DNA of 64,000 bases, taken from Microbotryum violaceum. Its lineage: Eukaryota. The stretch spans positions 1,922,001-1,986,000 of the forward strand of contig CDLV01000009.1 in NCBI GenBank assembly GCA_001244265.2, in the 5' to 3' direction. Below are positions 23,910 through 37,400 of this stretch, in pieces (the stretch's first letter is position 1; each line of letters starts with the position of its first letter). The notes under the pieces were generated by a model. That model ran no database searches, was not told the DNA's origin, and saw only the letters and a list, made by a program, of their open reading frames with translations. The position numbers and the translations under genes were made by a program.

Positions 23910-26900
23910 CCCCCGAAAGCCCAGCCTGGGGCGCGTAGGTTAAATCCGCGAAAATCCGGGATTTTGGACCTTATTTGCCCACCAATTTTTGGATTTTTCG
24001 GCCAAAAAGGTGCCCAAAATGTCCAGTCCATCTACGCGCCTCAAAAATAGCTCAAAAATTGCTTCAAATGCTCTAAAACATCTCCAAAAATCACGAAAAC
24101 GCCGTCCGGACGTTTTTCGCCCGAGTCGAACCGGCGGAGCCCGCGCGAGCCCGCGCGCGTGTCAGCCGTCGGTTCGGCTTCGCCGAGGGCTCCTCACCTG
24201 CGCTTGCTGCCTTCCTTTTTGACCCTACATCTTTCACGCCCTTCATTTGATTACTCAAGGACACAGAAGCGTCCCGTAATCCGTTGCAGCGTCGAAGAAA
24301 ACAAAATCTTGCCTCAGCCTGCTGGCTCAAGTCGAAGACACGCTCCCCGAGGTATGCAACTGAATCTAGTGGTGCGAGAGTGAGCGCGGGCGTCGAGGAT
24401 GATTCCAAGGATTGAATGATTTGTCGAGCATCGAGTCCAAAGAAGCGAGTCGTGCCGTCAATCATATGCGTTGAATAACGGCCCTTGCTGACAACTCGCA
24501 ATTCTTGGAGGACGACATTCGAGAGTAATGCTAGAGAGTCGGTCTTCGCTCTGTCACAATGATTTGACGTGGCCTTGGCATACATGTAACGTACTACGAG
24601 AGGTAAAAATCGATGCCAGTCACTCTGCAAGGCAGTAAGCTAGCTACAGTGAGATGCACGAACCAAGTCCAATGGACAATTGTTCTTTTCCTATGTTGCT
24701 GGCGTCACAACTGCCAGGTATGATGCCTCGTTTCAATCGGAAGCAGACAAGAGAGCCGATTTTCAAAGGCATGGCTGACGTGACATTTCCGTCGATGGAC
24801 CCAAACGTTGGGATCTTGGCGAATGTCGTGTATTACCTTGCTCGCAATTGCATCCGTACCTGGGCAAGAATGAACATTACTGATGAGCACTCTCCGGGCC
24901 ATATGTGCAGAGCACACAATTGTAGCTCACGTCTTTACGTCCGTCTTCGATGTATCCCATGTTGTCCGTCTCGTTTGCGGTCGAAAAGCGACTGAAGGTC
25001 CCTTGTCCTGTCCAACGAATTGACCTCGCGACTCCTGACACGGCTTCGAGACGGGCTGCACCCATTGATTGCACTAAGCCTCGGAGGACACTGGAGTGCA
25101 CTTCACCGTGCTCGGACAATTTTGCTTTTGATGTGGGATCGGAATCTTGGGCAGTCGAGGTGGTGGCGCCGTGCCTTCCCTTGAGTAGGACAGCTCTGAG
25201 GTGGGTACATTGATGGGCCCGAGGTTGCTGAATTAAGCTTTTCAGATCAAGGGCAAGCTGACGAGAGTCGTGACGCAGAAGGGATGGGAGCCGAATAATT
25301 TGAGCCTGTGAAAGAATGCTGGTTCCGTTTAGTGTTGCTACACGAGAACAACTGCTGCTTAAATGAACCTGCACGACCCGGCAAGCTTTCATTTGCTGTC
25401 ACAATGGCGTCGAGCAGGAAGCGTTCCTCTGCTTGAGCATCGGCCTCGTCATAGGCCTGCTGAACGGCAAGCCTAGAATTGGACGAGATGAGTTATCAGC
25501 TCAGGGGAGACTGGTACAGGTCTTTAGGCACTCAACTTACAGTGCAGCATCATTGTCAAGGCCAAGAGCAGCTAAAGAGCGAACAGCGTTTGAGTCCAGC
25601 ACGACGAGACCTTGGCACGTTTTGGTGCGGATCCCATTGAGGGTCCGAACTAGGTCAGCGATGTACGAAAGCGGCTCAGCGTCCTCGGGCTCGAAATGCC
25701 AAGGTTCACTAGCTGGAAGGGGCGACATTAACCAGCTTCGCTCAAAACAAGCCACAAGCTTGGGTGACATGTACCTCTTGATGTTATTACTAAACGTCAA
25801 GCCACCCACCATTGATCGGTATATCTTCCTCTAGCTGGTTGGACTTCTGATATCGTATGGTATCCCACATTCGAAGACCAAGAAGAAGCTCTTTTGCAAG
25901 TCCTGCAGCAACCAAGCTTGTGGACCGAATCTCTACATCGCTTGGATAAGTCCGCATTGCGACGAGGTCGAGATCGTCGAGCCTGTCATACATGTGATAG
26001 TAGCCTTGACGCGAGCCTGCGGTCTCTGTCTTGAGCTTTCGCAACAGTCCTAGGAGCGCACTAACTTTGCTTGCCGACTAAAAACCCGAAACATAAGCTT
26101 TACAAGCAGTAGCTCACGTGAAGCCATGAAAGAAGGATGACTTACCTGCAGGAATTCTAAAGCATCAAATTCTTGCACGACTTTGCGCAAACCGCCAAAA
26201 AAATGCTCGATCATCTCCGTACCATGTTGCCATGATATGAACGCTTCTTCCGGCCAAAAGTCGCGGTAGTTCCGAATAAGGGCGATGTTTGCATCGATGA
26301 CCGTTCGCATACCATCCAGGGTCTCCTTGGCAATAAAGGACTGCGCGTTGTACCCGGGACGATTGCGGACGAAGGTCAACCAGCCCTCAAATGTATAACG
26401 AACCGTCAATAGCATCTTGATACGTTCAATCGGCTGCAAGGACCTGTTTTGTATCGCGTCGTGAAGCTCGCCGCAGAGAAAGAGGAAGACAATGGCATCG
26501 GCATCGAATTTGCCGTCCTCGTGAAGTCGGCAAGCAAGCGCGAGAGTAGCTTCGGAGAACGCTCGATGCGTCGCATTATCTTGACGATCACGTCCAATCA
26601 CATCACGTAGATACAAGGTCCTCGCCGACTATTCGACGTTGAGCAGCGTCAACAGGTCACGATAACATCCGGTGCCGCCGTATATTGCCCTGGCGCCTGA
26701 ATCGCACGCGTTGCGGAGATTTTTGCTCAGGTGCTTTTCGTCCCGATTGAAGCACGTAGGCGTGGCCCACTTAAACGGATGCCAGTCGAATGGCTGTGAA
26801 GACTTTTTCGGGACCTGGAGATGGAATGTCATGTACCAGCTCTCGCCGACGGTTGCCCTCACCGGTATACCCCTCATCGCCGCCAAGTCGCTCTGCCATG

Positions 26901-29900
26901 ACGCGCTGCAAGACGCCTTCGCTTGCCGCTCCATCCGCCGAGATGGAGGCAAGAAGATGACCGACTCCCGCGTTGACGAGGAATTGAATAACAGATTCCA
27001 GTTCATGCGCAGCCTCGGATGAACTCGGCGAGTCACCAATCACGAATGCGGCAAAGTATTGGGCTGGGCAAGAAACATCGTTTGGTGCAAGCATGTACAT
27101 TCGAACCTATTCACAGAAACGCCAGCGAATGAGCAACCAATCAAAGCGCCGCGCAGACATAGTCGCCGAACTTGGTGCCAGCGATCGGAGGATTCGGTCC
27201 CCGAAAGATACCCTCGAGCTCCTGCGTGGTTTCATACACGATTGGCGGGCCAACCATGCCAACGAGCTCGTGATGGAAGATTTTCTGCCCGCGCAGGCGA
27301 GCTTCCGCTTCCTTGTCCTTCGAATAAACCCGTGTTGTCCTGATTACTTGTCGTAGTTTCGTGTCGTCGACGTGGAGGTTAAAGGTCTTCCCATCCGAAA
27401 GGATCTTTTGGATAATGCGCTGCATGTGGGGCTCATCTAAGCCAAACCTGGGCTTTTCGAATGTTGCTCGATGTTGTCTGAGAGGTTTAGAATCGTCAGT
27501 AGCTTGAAGGAATGACGGATAGCTCAGGTCTGAACTGAAACTTGCTGAAGTGTGCGCCTCGAGACTCCGCCAACAGTTTTTTGCACCACGCGCAACGCCG
27601 TGGGAGATGCCAGAGCCAGCGCGTGTTCAAAGTCGAGCAAAGCTTCGTCTCGCACATAGCCTCTCATGTCCTTGCCTTGTGCGTCCCGCCTATGCTTGAT
27701 CACGGCGCTGCCATACCTTTCAGAATGTTGGCTCCAGCCATTTCGCCGGAAACTAAACCTTGAGCGAAACGAAGATAGACCTTGCCATCTTTGGTCCCCA
27801 AGAGTTCCTCCAGGCCTTGGTGTTCCTTGAAGACCTTTGACATCAAAGCCTCCACGGAAGCCAACCGTTTATTCGTGAACTTGATTGTGGGTCCGACAGC
27901 CCGAGGACGATGTAACGCCTGTGAGAAGGCTTTCGTGCGAAGCAGTGCCTTGCATTTGGCGCAAGACTCCAATTTCGTTCCACATTGCGACTCCATTCCA
28001 GTCGACACTGTTCACTCGGGGTGCTGAATGATCGTTCACCCACGTCCACTCGTTCGCTTCCAGATAATTGATCTCACGGCGTTCAGAACGAGTCAATACA
28101 CGTTTGCCAATTCTTGGGAACCTTCTCTGGATGAGCTTTAGCCGAGATGGTGCGCCTCCGCCTCGAGCAGAGCTCTTTGAGAGGTACACCTCTACACGCT
28201 TGCCTGTTAGGCCGGCACATGCGGGAGGATCGGCAAGGCTTTTGCCTTGCGACTGGACAGCTGTTTCGGCGGGCGATCGAACAGCAAAGTAGTGGTCGAT
28301 CTTGCGCATGTTCGTGCACGGAGGCTTTTTGTTGAGATGCTTCATGAAGCGAGTGACGCCGTGCCGTGTCTTCATCTTGTGATACGTACGACAGCGACCG
28401 CACTGCACCGTCCTGGGATTCTCGATCTTTACGTCCGATCCTGGGCAGAGCTGCTTGACCTTCGCCCTAAATCCAGCAAATGCTGCGGGGCGAGCCTTCG
28501 AGTATTCGATGTCTTTAAGATGCTCCTTGGCTAGTCTGGCTCGTCTGCTGTGATTGATTCCCCCGACTTCGGAGTTTCGTCGTCCGTGGTGCAATCATCG
28601 TCCGTGGTGCAATCGTCGTCCGTGGTGCAATCGTCGTCCGTCTCGGAATCTGAGCGGAAGCATATCCCGGACTATGTCTCCTCGTCATCCTCGATCTCGG
28701 CCATCTCCTCGACGTCCAACTCGTTTCTGTCTATGCCGGCAATGGGCGCGGGCAAGTCATGAGTGAGATGTTGAGATTTGGTTGCGAATGTTGCTAGTCG
28801 GTGAAACTGGCAAATGCGAGCGATATGAGCGCGACCGGCCGAAAAAGGTGGAACCAAAAGAAGCTCGGTTTCGCCGACATTGATAGCCGCTGGTCCGCAC
28901 GAGGAGCCGTCAGCCTGTTGAGCCATGCGGCCTTGCTTCGGTTCGGTATTGAGAATATGCAGCTCGAGGTAGTCAAACAAGGCCAGTGCCGAGTTGCGAG
29001 TAATCTCGTCGATGCGAATATGCGAGAGCGAGTTGAAGAGCGTCCATGTCCTTTGCCCAACATCAACACGTGCCATTGCCCAATGATCGCGAAAGCAGAG
29101 CGGGAGAAACCAGATCGATAGAGGGCGAGCTCTAACGAAAGATCGAAGGTCGGCGAGAGTTCGATATGGGACAAGAGGAGAGGCGAAGATATACTTATCC
29201 AAGACTTCACGTTGAGGTGAGTCAGGTTGATGTTTTCCTGAAGCGACCAAAATCGCCATGAGATCGGATGGGAATGCCCCGTATACTTTGTCGGATGCTG
29301 TTGACGCTTGTACACGCGATGAAGTTAATAGCTAATACGCTTGTGATGGCAACGTCCATCGCGGTTTCTCCAAGCCACGTTGTCCCTAGAAAAAGCACGA
29401 AAAACAATCCCAATCAATCACGCGATCGAACAAATGAACAAATTGGCTGCTTACCGACGAAATCGAGCAGCGTGCGCAAGGACGCGCTACACCCGAGGAT
29501 CATTGAGGGGGTATATTGGTCCTCAACGAGCAGTGACGGCAGCACCTCCAGAGCCTTAACGATGAGAGGCTGATTTTCGATATCGACACCCAGATAACTT
29601 TTCATCCACTCTTGGCTATTGATAACGACCGAACGCATGCGCTCGGCGTAATCTATATGCCGCCAGATCCTTTCGACACTGAAAGGCAGCCGGTGCCCGG
29701 TGATAGCGATAGACCGGTAACCTTGTTTACGTGCCGCAGTGATTGCTTCACGATCCTTGAACTTGTCCCTCCAAGCGCGGAGCGGCCTTAGAAGAGTATC
29801 AAACTCGAGAGGCTCGTCTGTCGACCACGAAAGCTGTATTTGCGTGTCTGGGTTGTCGAAGCGGAAGGTGAGAAGCTCAGACACCCTAACGTCCAAAAGG

Positions 29901-30415
29901 GGTGCCATTCGCTCAAAATCATCGTCAAGGAGCTCGATATCCGGATCGTCCAGATACATTTCGTCGAAGCTGGCTGAAGCGAGAACGTAGGATAATGACG
30001 ATGGTGGCACAGACGACGCAACGCGGCGGGGGAGGCAAGAGACGCGCGCAAGGCTCAGACTTTTCGTTCATCCAGCCAAGAGGCTATGATTACAAAATCG
30101 TTCAACCAGCCAAGAGGCTATAATTGCAAAATTGAACAATTAGAGCCCTTGCTGTTAATTCGGTACAGCCCAGAGTGTTTCCCACGCGCTCCGCACGTTC
30201 TTGAGGGTCGGCGAACTTTGGCGTACCGAGCCGAATGTGGCTGAAATGGGTCCCCGATTTGTCCACTGGCACCTACGGGCCCTAGACCCCACCCGCACCG
30301 GCGCGCCCTGATTTATCCACCCCGACTACGCGCCTTCGCGATTTTGGCCCATCTGAGGCCCACAATTTGACCGGTCGGGCACTACGCGCCTCAAGGCCGG
30401 GCTTTCGGGGTCCTG
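23910..30415 (-). mobile_element. P-element-like DNA transposon encoding a Ulp1-protease/transposase fusion (disrupted)
   Basis: Minus-strand segments in order: Ulp1/C48 (DHWA..FNSL..QQADGSSCG), Zn finger (VQCGRC..FMKHL..C), LHVDDTKL, ISADG, RDEKHLSKNLRN, RQDN and GTEMIEHFFGGLR. Bounded by the inverted motif CCCGAAAGCCC.GCCT..GGCGCGTAG at 23912 and 30382-30409. Confidence 0.65.
28577..28640. repeat. 18-bp tandem repeat (about 3.5 units) encoding TDDDCT on the minus strand
   Basis: tcgtccgtggtgcaatcR repeated. Confidence 0.85.
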
Positions 30416-30583
30416 TCGCCCGCCTCCGGCAGCCGGCAGCCTCTGGCCACCTGCCGACCAGGAACTTTGCTACCCTCTCCTGCTCGTCACTCAACCGTGA
30501 TTCCCAGGGGTCTTGGTAGCCTGGGCACGTGGCACGGTGGCACTAAAAGCGGCGCCCAACAGCACGGTCCAATATCAGCTACG

Positions 30584-33211
30584 ATGCCTGCCACAAGTCT
30601 CAATCTACCTATGCGCCACCTCTTTTCATGCACTCCACACACTTGGTTCGAGCCACCTCCGCCTGGCAACGCGCCTGATTACTCAACCGCTCCGCGCTTG
30701 CAGGCCAACGCTGGAACTGCGTTCGATTGCGCCGCACGTTCGGGAGGATTGAGATGGGGCGAATACTCTTCTCCTGGCGACAGGGTCGTCGACTCGTTTT
30801 TTAATCTACTCGACTTACACCCATCGCTGCTCGAGCTCTTCGAAGCCAAGATCGCCGTCATTGAGGCGATGGGTTCGACCAGGGCTGGCCGCAGGGCTCG
30901 GATTACCGAAGACGAGGTCCAAAACGCATTTGCCATTCTCGCTGACGGCCTAGGAGGTGCAACGGGCGAGCTGCTCGACCACTATGCATCAATCACCGAA
31001 GACGACTTCACGCCCACGACCAGTGGCTACTGGGTAAAGTTGCGCAGCGTCCAAGGGCTATCATACCGAACGCGCGGCGATGCCATCCTGGAAATTGGCC
31101 GTGGGGTTGACGACTCAGCAGTCGTTGTCTCGTCAATCGCGATCGAGTTCAAGCGGGGACCCGTGCATCACACGGCGGCCAAAGGGCCCCTCCAACCGGA
31201 TCCAACTCGGCGATTCCAGTGCTCGATCACGCGTCGCCGGTGCCGCTGCAGAATTTGGAAACGCAAGTCTCGGTCGGTCCCGACGCCATAGCCACGAAGG
31301 TAAGAAATACGATTTTTATTCGAATCGGCCTCGGAACTTCGATCTGATCTAACTATGTTCGCGTGCCTTTTGCAGGCCATCATTCAGTGCGCTTGCCAAG
31401 CCTGCCGGTTCTTTCTCCTGTTCTCGGTGCCGTTTTTTCAGATCGGTGAACTGGGTATGTCGCGCCTTCGGCTTCGACCTGTGCATGGTGTAACGGTCAC
31501 GCAGAGTCACTGATGCATGCAACTGCGCAATCGTGGGTCCTTCATACACAGTTGAACACCAACCATCCGACGCTGCAAGGGCAAGCGATGCGGCAGGTTC
31601 GACAGCGTCAGCCTCCACCTCGACGGCACCAATGCCTGGCACGCCCCACTCATCGACCCCCACCCCCCTACCACGACCGAGGCGAGCACCCCACCCGCTG
31701 TTCGAAGACAGTATAGCCTGCTCCTTCAAGAGTTGGTGCGATGGGTCGAGCGCTATCCAGGCACCTCGCTCCAGCCCGCCGAGACCCTCGGCGTTGACTT
31801 ACCGGCGCGGTCGTTCATCGCGTCTTTCATTGCTCTGGCGTTCACAGCCGTGATGAAGGTGCCCGAGCCGGGGAAAGATCGCGTCAAAGAATTGCTCGAC
31901 GCCAACCCGAACACCTCGAATCAGTCGCGACCTCGCGCCGTCTCGGACTCGGACCGTGAAGATCCCTCCTACGAGCCGGCAAACAAAGCACCGAAAACGT
32001 CGGCCATTGGCCCCGGTACTCGCTCCTCAAGGCGACTGGCAGGCGACCCCCCGCCCACTCAAGCCAAGGGTTCGAATCGGCCCGTCACCCCGCCCGTCTC
32101 CGAAGAGGCCGGGTCCGACCTCTCTGGCGCGCTCACTCCTGAGGCTCTCTGCTTCTCGTCCCCTCCTGCGTCGACGGACCGGAGTCCGACGACATCGCCG
32201 GCTTCCGGCTCGGTCCCTTCATCGAAATCGATCACAATCGCTCACGATCGCAATTTCGTGATCCAGGCGCGCTTGTCGAATGCGCACTGGTCGATGATGG
32301 TGCGTCACACATTCTGACCATGCGGCTCCTGTGCCAGCACTCGTGGCTCCGCTCACCGAACGTGTCCTCTTGTGCTCTTTGCAGTCGTACACGGGCACGA
32401 GCCTCGTCAATCTGGTCGAAATCGACTTTGATATCGTCTCCTCGGATCGTTCCGACTCGCCCCTTTCGTCCCTTCTGTCGTCGAACCCTTCCCCAGCCAC
32501 CGACTTCATCCGGAGCCTCCATTTGTCTGATGCCGTTTTGCAGTGGTTGACGGAAGACCCCAAGGACGAGCTCGAAGACGATCGGATCCCGCTGGAACTG
32601 TTGGGTTACTTCGAGGCCGCGGCGGATCTTCGCCTGGAGAAGCAGGTTGGGACGGGAAGTACTGCCGACGGGTATCTTGCGAACGTGGTGCGCGTCAACC
32701 CACGTTGGTCCTCCCCGGCCAATCGCGAGGTCCCCCTTGTTGGCCACCCTGCTCCGAACACGAGGTACTTTCTCAAGCTCGTGACATGTAACCATGTTGG
32801 CTCGGTCGTCCGGGAGACGCTGTTTTATCAGCACGTCTTTCCCCACCTTCCCGATCGGCTCCAAAAACATCTGCCACAATACCACGGCACGTACCGCGGT
32901 ATCAACGGCAATGGGTACGCTATGGTGCTTGAGAATGTGGGGACTCATATGAATTACTCCGAGTTTTATGAACGGTCTGGTCAATGGCAGTAAGTCTTCG
33001 GGCCGCGGCAAGTTGTCGACGGCTCAGCGTGATGCTGACACCCCTGTTCTTTCACTTCGTCCTCGCCATGTGCAGGGAGATCGAGAAGGCTTTCGTTGAG
33101 CTTGGAATTGTTCACAACGATATCCGCCAGGGGAACGTATTGGTTCGACCCGACGATGGGGGCTTTTGCTTCGTCGACTGGGGACGATCTTATCTCAAAC
33201 TTCGAGCGTGA
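30584..33211 (+). CDS. K2: nuclease-kinase gene copy (homopolymer frameshifts near 31188 and 31665)
   Basis: Near-identical to K1 in exons, introns and kinase motifs. Confidence 0.8.
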
Positions 33212-33679
33212 ACCTCCCTCTCTCGCTTTCCCTCTCTCCCCCCTCTACTCTATTCTCTCTCTCTCTCTCTCTCTCTTTCGGCAATGCTCGTGATCTCTTC
33301 ACTCTCTCTCTCTTTCTCTCGGCAGTGCTCGTAATATCTTCACTTCCTCCTCTAAACCTGTATCTCCTCTACTGTTGCTTTATATACATACGTACTTCCC
33401 TCAGTTTTGTCTGCAATGCGCAATGCTCACAACTTTGTTCTGTCCAGCTTCATAGCTGGACTGCGGCCCCCAAAGCCAAACGGGCGACAGCTTCTTACCG
33501 GTTCGGCTAGGACCATAGCGGCAAGCGTTGAGGCTCCTACAGACCACCCGATCTCCATTCAGCAGTCATGGCTAACTTCTGATAGTTTTCTTCGAAAAGT
33601 CCGAGATTCGGATTCGAACTGTTATTCTCATCAGCTTCCTGCCCTATAAAACTCAGGCTACTCATAGTGAATTGCTTCT

Positions 33680-34100
33680 TAAGCTCAGCACTTTGGTGAC
33701 TCAAGACTTGACTATTAACGATGAATCATTTGGTGGGATTTGAATGGAAGACCGGGCTGGATGCGCGGACAAAGGGATGAAGGGGAATGAAAGGAGCGCA
33801 GCGGTTTGAGTGGTCGGAACGTTTGAGCGGATTTCGCTACTTGTTCTTAGGTAGACCACTTCTAGGACCCAATACAGCATCCTAGCTGGTTCTCACTCTC
33901 TGGTATCTCAAGTCTCGTTTCTCATCGTTCTCCAGTCTCTGGCCTCAACGTTCCAGTCTCGTCTCTCGGTTCTCGTACCCCTGTCTCTCGGCTCAGCTCG
34001 CCGCTCTCGTCTCTCTCGCCTTGGGTCTCTTAGGAGCTCTTAGGATCCATATCTCTTATCTTCTCATTTCACCTTTGATCGACCGCTTGCTATACCATAG
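33680..34100. repeat. Solo-LTR-like repeat interrupting the K2 3' flank
   Basis: Inverted near-identical copy of 61823-62243. It interrupts sequence that is continuous in the K1 flank (gcttcttcaggttg). Confidence 0.75.
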
Positions 34101-34428
34101 TACGCTGCGTCGGTCAAGGAACTTAGCTCCATGGGCTTGCACAAGGTGTTCAAGCTTTCGAGTCCACCTACTGGGGATCGACTACAACAAGACGCTTGCT
34201 CTTGTCTCGTCAATCACGACAATCTTGTTCGTCGTCCGCCTTTGTGCCGCTCGTGGACTGGTCCTGACTTCTCGGCGTCGCTGCCTCTCTTCTATCGGAA
34301 GTCTATCTTCCGCGCTCGCATGTTTTCTGCGATAGTTGTCAGTGACTGTAAAACGCAAGAAACCGAAACCGGCAGTAGTGAGCCGGTATAAAAGGTAGCG
34401 TTGCGATTTGCGGGCTTGAACTCACTAC

Positions 34429-37400
34429 AATAAAAGACTGACGAGCGTGTAATCCAACCGTGGGTTAATTGCATATGATAGTAGCCGTAGTGCTAGATGT
34501 ACGTACCTGACGAGCGTGTAATCCAACCGTGGAGAGAAGACAACGGTTGGTGCGCATCGCCAGGCTTCACTAAACAAACGCGCGCTTCTAATCAAATAAC
34601 CGATAGCCGCCTTCCTGCTAATCCTCATTCACAACACGCCAACTCGCCCCTTCACGCGATGAATCTATAAGCCCCATCGCGTGTACAAACTGATAGTGCT
34701 TCTGTGTCCCGAGCCCCTTGGTGAGGACGTCCGCAGCCATGGTGCCCGTGGGCACCCAGACCATCTCGATCGTGCCTTCCGCGATGTGGTCCCGGATGAA
34801 GTGAAAGTGGATGCCAATATGTTTGGTACGAGCATGGAAAGCCGGGTGCTTGGCCAGAGTGATGGCGGACTGGTTGTCACCCCGCAAACGAGTCGGAGCG
34901 GTCTGCTCGAAGCCAAGATCCGCAAGCAAACGACGTAACCAAATCCCCTCGCGAGCGGCGTCTGACATGGCCACATACTCGGCCTCGGTACTGGAGAGGG
35001 TGACGAGAGTCTGTCGCTTGGCGATCCAAGAGATAGCCCCACCAGCGCACATGAACACGTAGCCCGAGACGCTCCGGCGAGTGACCGGGTCGGCGCCATG
35101 ATCAGCATCGACGAATCCCTCCAAGATTGCCGACATAGGCTGGAAGGACTTCTGATAGCGGATGCCAAAATTGCGGGTACCGACAAGGTAGCGCAGGATG
35201 TGTTTGAGCGCCTCCCAATGCTCCGCCGTGAAGTCGTTGCAGAAACGAGCAGCCTTTGAAACGGCGAACGCGATGTCGGGTCGGGTGGTGCCAGAGAGGT
35301 ATAAGAGCTTGCCTACAATGGCGCGATAGGGGATCGAGGCAGGATCAAAACCGGAGTCAGCGCGATTCCTCAGAGTCGACGGAGCCGCGAGAGGCGTGGG
35401 GCGGGGGAGGCATTGGCCATGTGGTGTTCCTCGAGGATGGCATCGACGAAATGTCCCTGGTTGAAAATTGCAGCACCCGTCTTGCCCTCACGACGGATGC
35501 TCTGGCCGAGGAAGAAGGAAGCCTCGTCGGTGCTGCGAGCTTCGAACCGAGCCTTGAGCTGACAGAGCACGCCGTCGAGATCCCCGTCACCCGTGAGCAG
35601 ACCGTCGTCGACATGAATGGAGAGGAAAGACCGTCGATCCCCCTCTTTGCGAACGAAAACGGCATGGTCACTGTCGGTGCGGGTGAAGCCAATGGACAGG
35701 ATCCATTCAGTGAAGACCTTGTACCACTCGCGGCCCGCCTGAACGAGGCCGTAGAGAGCGCGCTGCAAGCGCACGATATCGCCTCCGGATAGTCGCATGT
35801 AGATCTCGGTCCCACCGAGGTTGCCGTTGAGGTACGCAGACGAGACGTCGAACTGGCGGGTCTCCCACTCGTTCTCAACGGCGAGGGCGAGTAACAGTCG
35901 ATGAGAGGCGGCTCGACCTGTGGGCGAGAACGAATTGATATGCACCCCCGACGTCTTTGCATGTCCCCGCGCGCAACAAGTCGAGCTTTGTAATTGACAA
36001 TTTGACCCTCCGCATTGCGCTTGACGAGGAGCACCCACATGCTCCCGATGACAATGGCCCCGGGCGGGGGTCGAACCGGCTTGGAGAACGCGTTCTTAGC
36101 GGCGAGAGCTCCCTCCTCCACCGACATGGCGGCCAGCCAGTAATCACGAAAGGGGCCAGCGAGGGCGGCCTGGACCGAAGGAGTGTCATCGCTGTCGATC
36201 TTGGCGAGGAGCGCAGAGACTTCCTCAAACGAGTACATCTGCGTGTCAGGGTCACCTTCGTCGAAGTCATCGAACTGGATGGCTGCGTGGTCGGCAAACT
36301 CCCAATGCTGTGCCGCGTGAGCAAATCCGAGGTAGTCAGGCGGACGGCGGGTCCGGGTGGAGCGATCATCATCGGGCGGTGCGTTTGCCGGGCCAGGGTT
36401 CGAAAATGCGAGGGCGGGCGGAACGGGTGGCGGAGCGGCGGCAGCGGGAGCCACGGCCGGCGCTTCGGCGACAGGGGGCGCAGCGGCGGAACCGATGCCG
36501 AGCGGCGCGGGCGGGTAAGACAAACCGACCGCAACAGGGATGGCAGGCATGGCAGGGCTCACCGCAGCGGGAAAGAAACGGTCCTCAAAGAACCTGGCCT
36601 GAGACGACTCAAAGACCTTGTTGCGAACCGGATCGAAGAAGCGCCAGGCCTTGGATCGCGAGGAGTAGCCAACAAAGTAGCAGAGGCGGGATCGCGGGGC
36701 CAGCTTGTTGGGACGTTGCTCGGGGGCGAGCGGCACGTGAGCGGCACAGCCCCAGGTCTTGACACGGTCGAGGCGGGGGCGGCGGGTGTCCGTGACCGGG
36801 TCCGAGGGTTCGTGCAGCACAGAGTCTGGGGTGCGCTGCTGGAGCGGCGACGAGGGGAGCAGATTTATGACGTAGATCGCGGCGTGCGCCGCTTCATCCC
36901 AAAGTGCGGGAGGCAGTCCCGAGCGATGGAGCCAGGCGCGAACGGAGTTGAAGATCGTTCGCCATCTGCGTTCCTGAACGCCCATCTGGCCGTGCTCGTA
37001 CGCTGTGGAGAGCTCATGGAAAATGCCCCGCGCGGCGAGCCAATCCCGGAGCCTGTGGTTCACAAACTCGCCCCCTCTGTCCGTGCGCAGCGTCGTGACG
37101 CCCTGGCCCCCATACTGGGTCTTCGACATCGCAACAAAATCCTGAAGGACGGCTGACGAGTCACTCTTGAGCCGGATGCTGCGAGCCCAGCGGAAGCGCG
37201 AAAACTCGTCCGTGATGCCGCAGAGGTAACGAGCACCCGAAAGTGCGGGCACAGGGGAAGGACCCCACACGTCGGCAAAGACACGGGAGAAAGGTGCGTC
37301 CGCGGGTGGCTCGCGGGTTCCCGGTTCGGGGAAGAGACGGTTTTGCCGGCGCAACAAGCATCGCACTGATCGAGGAGGCGAATCTGATCCGGAGTTATAG

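Noticed and set aside
35957..37156. 399-aa plus-strand ORF
   Set aside because: Antisense to the Copia integrase region; no motifs.
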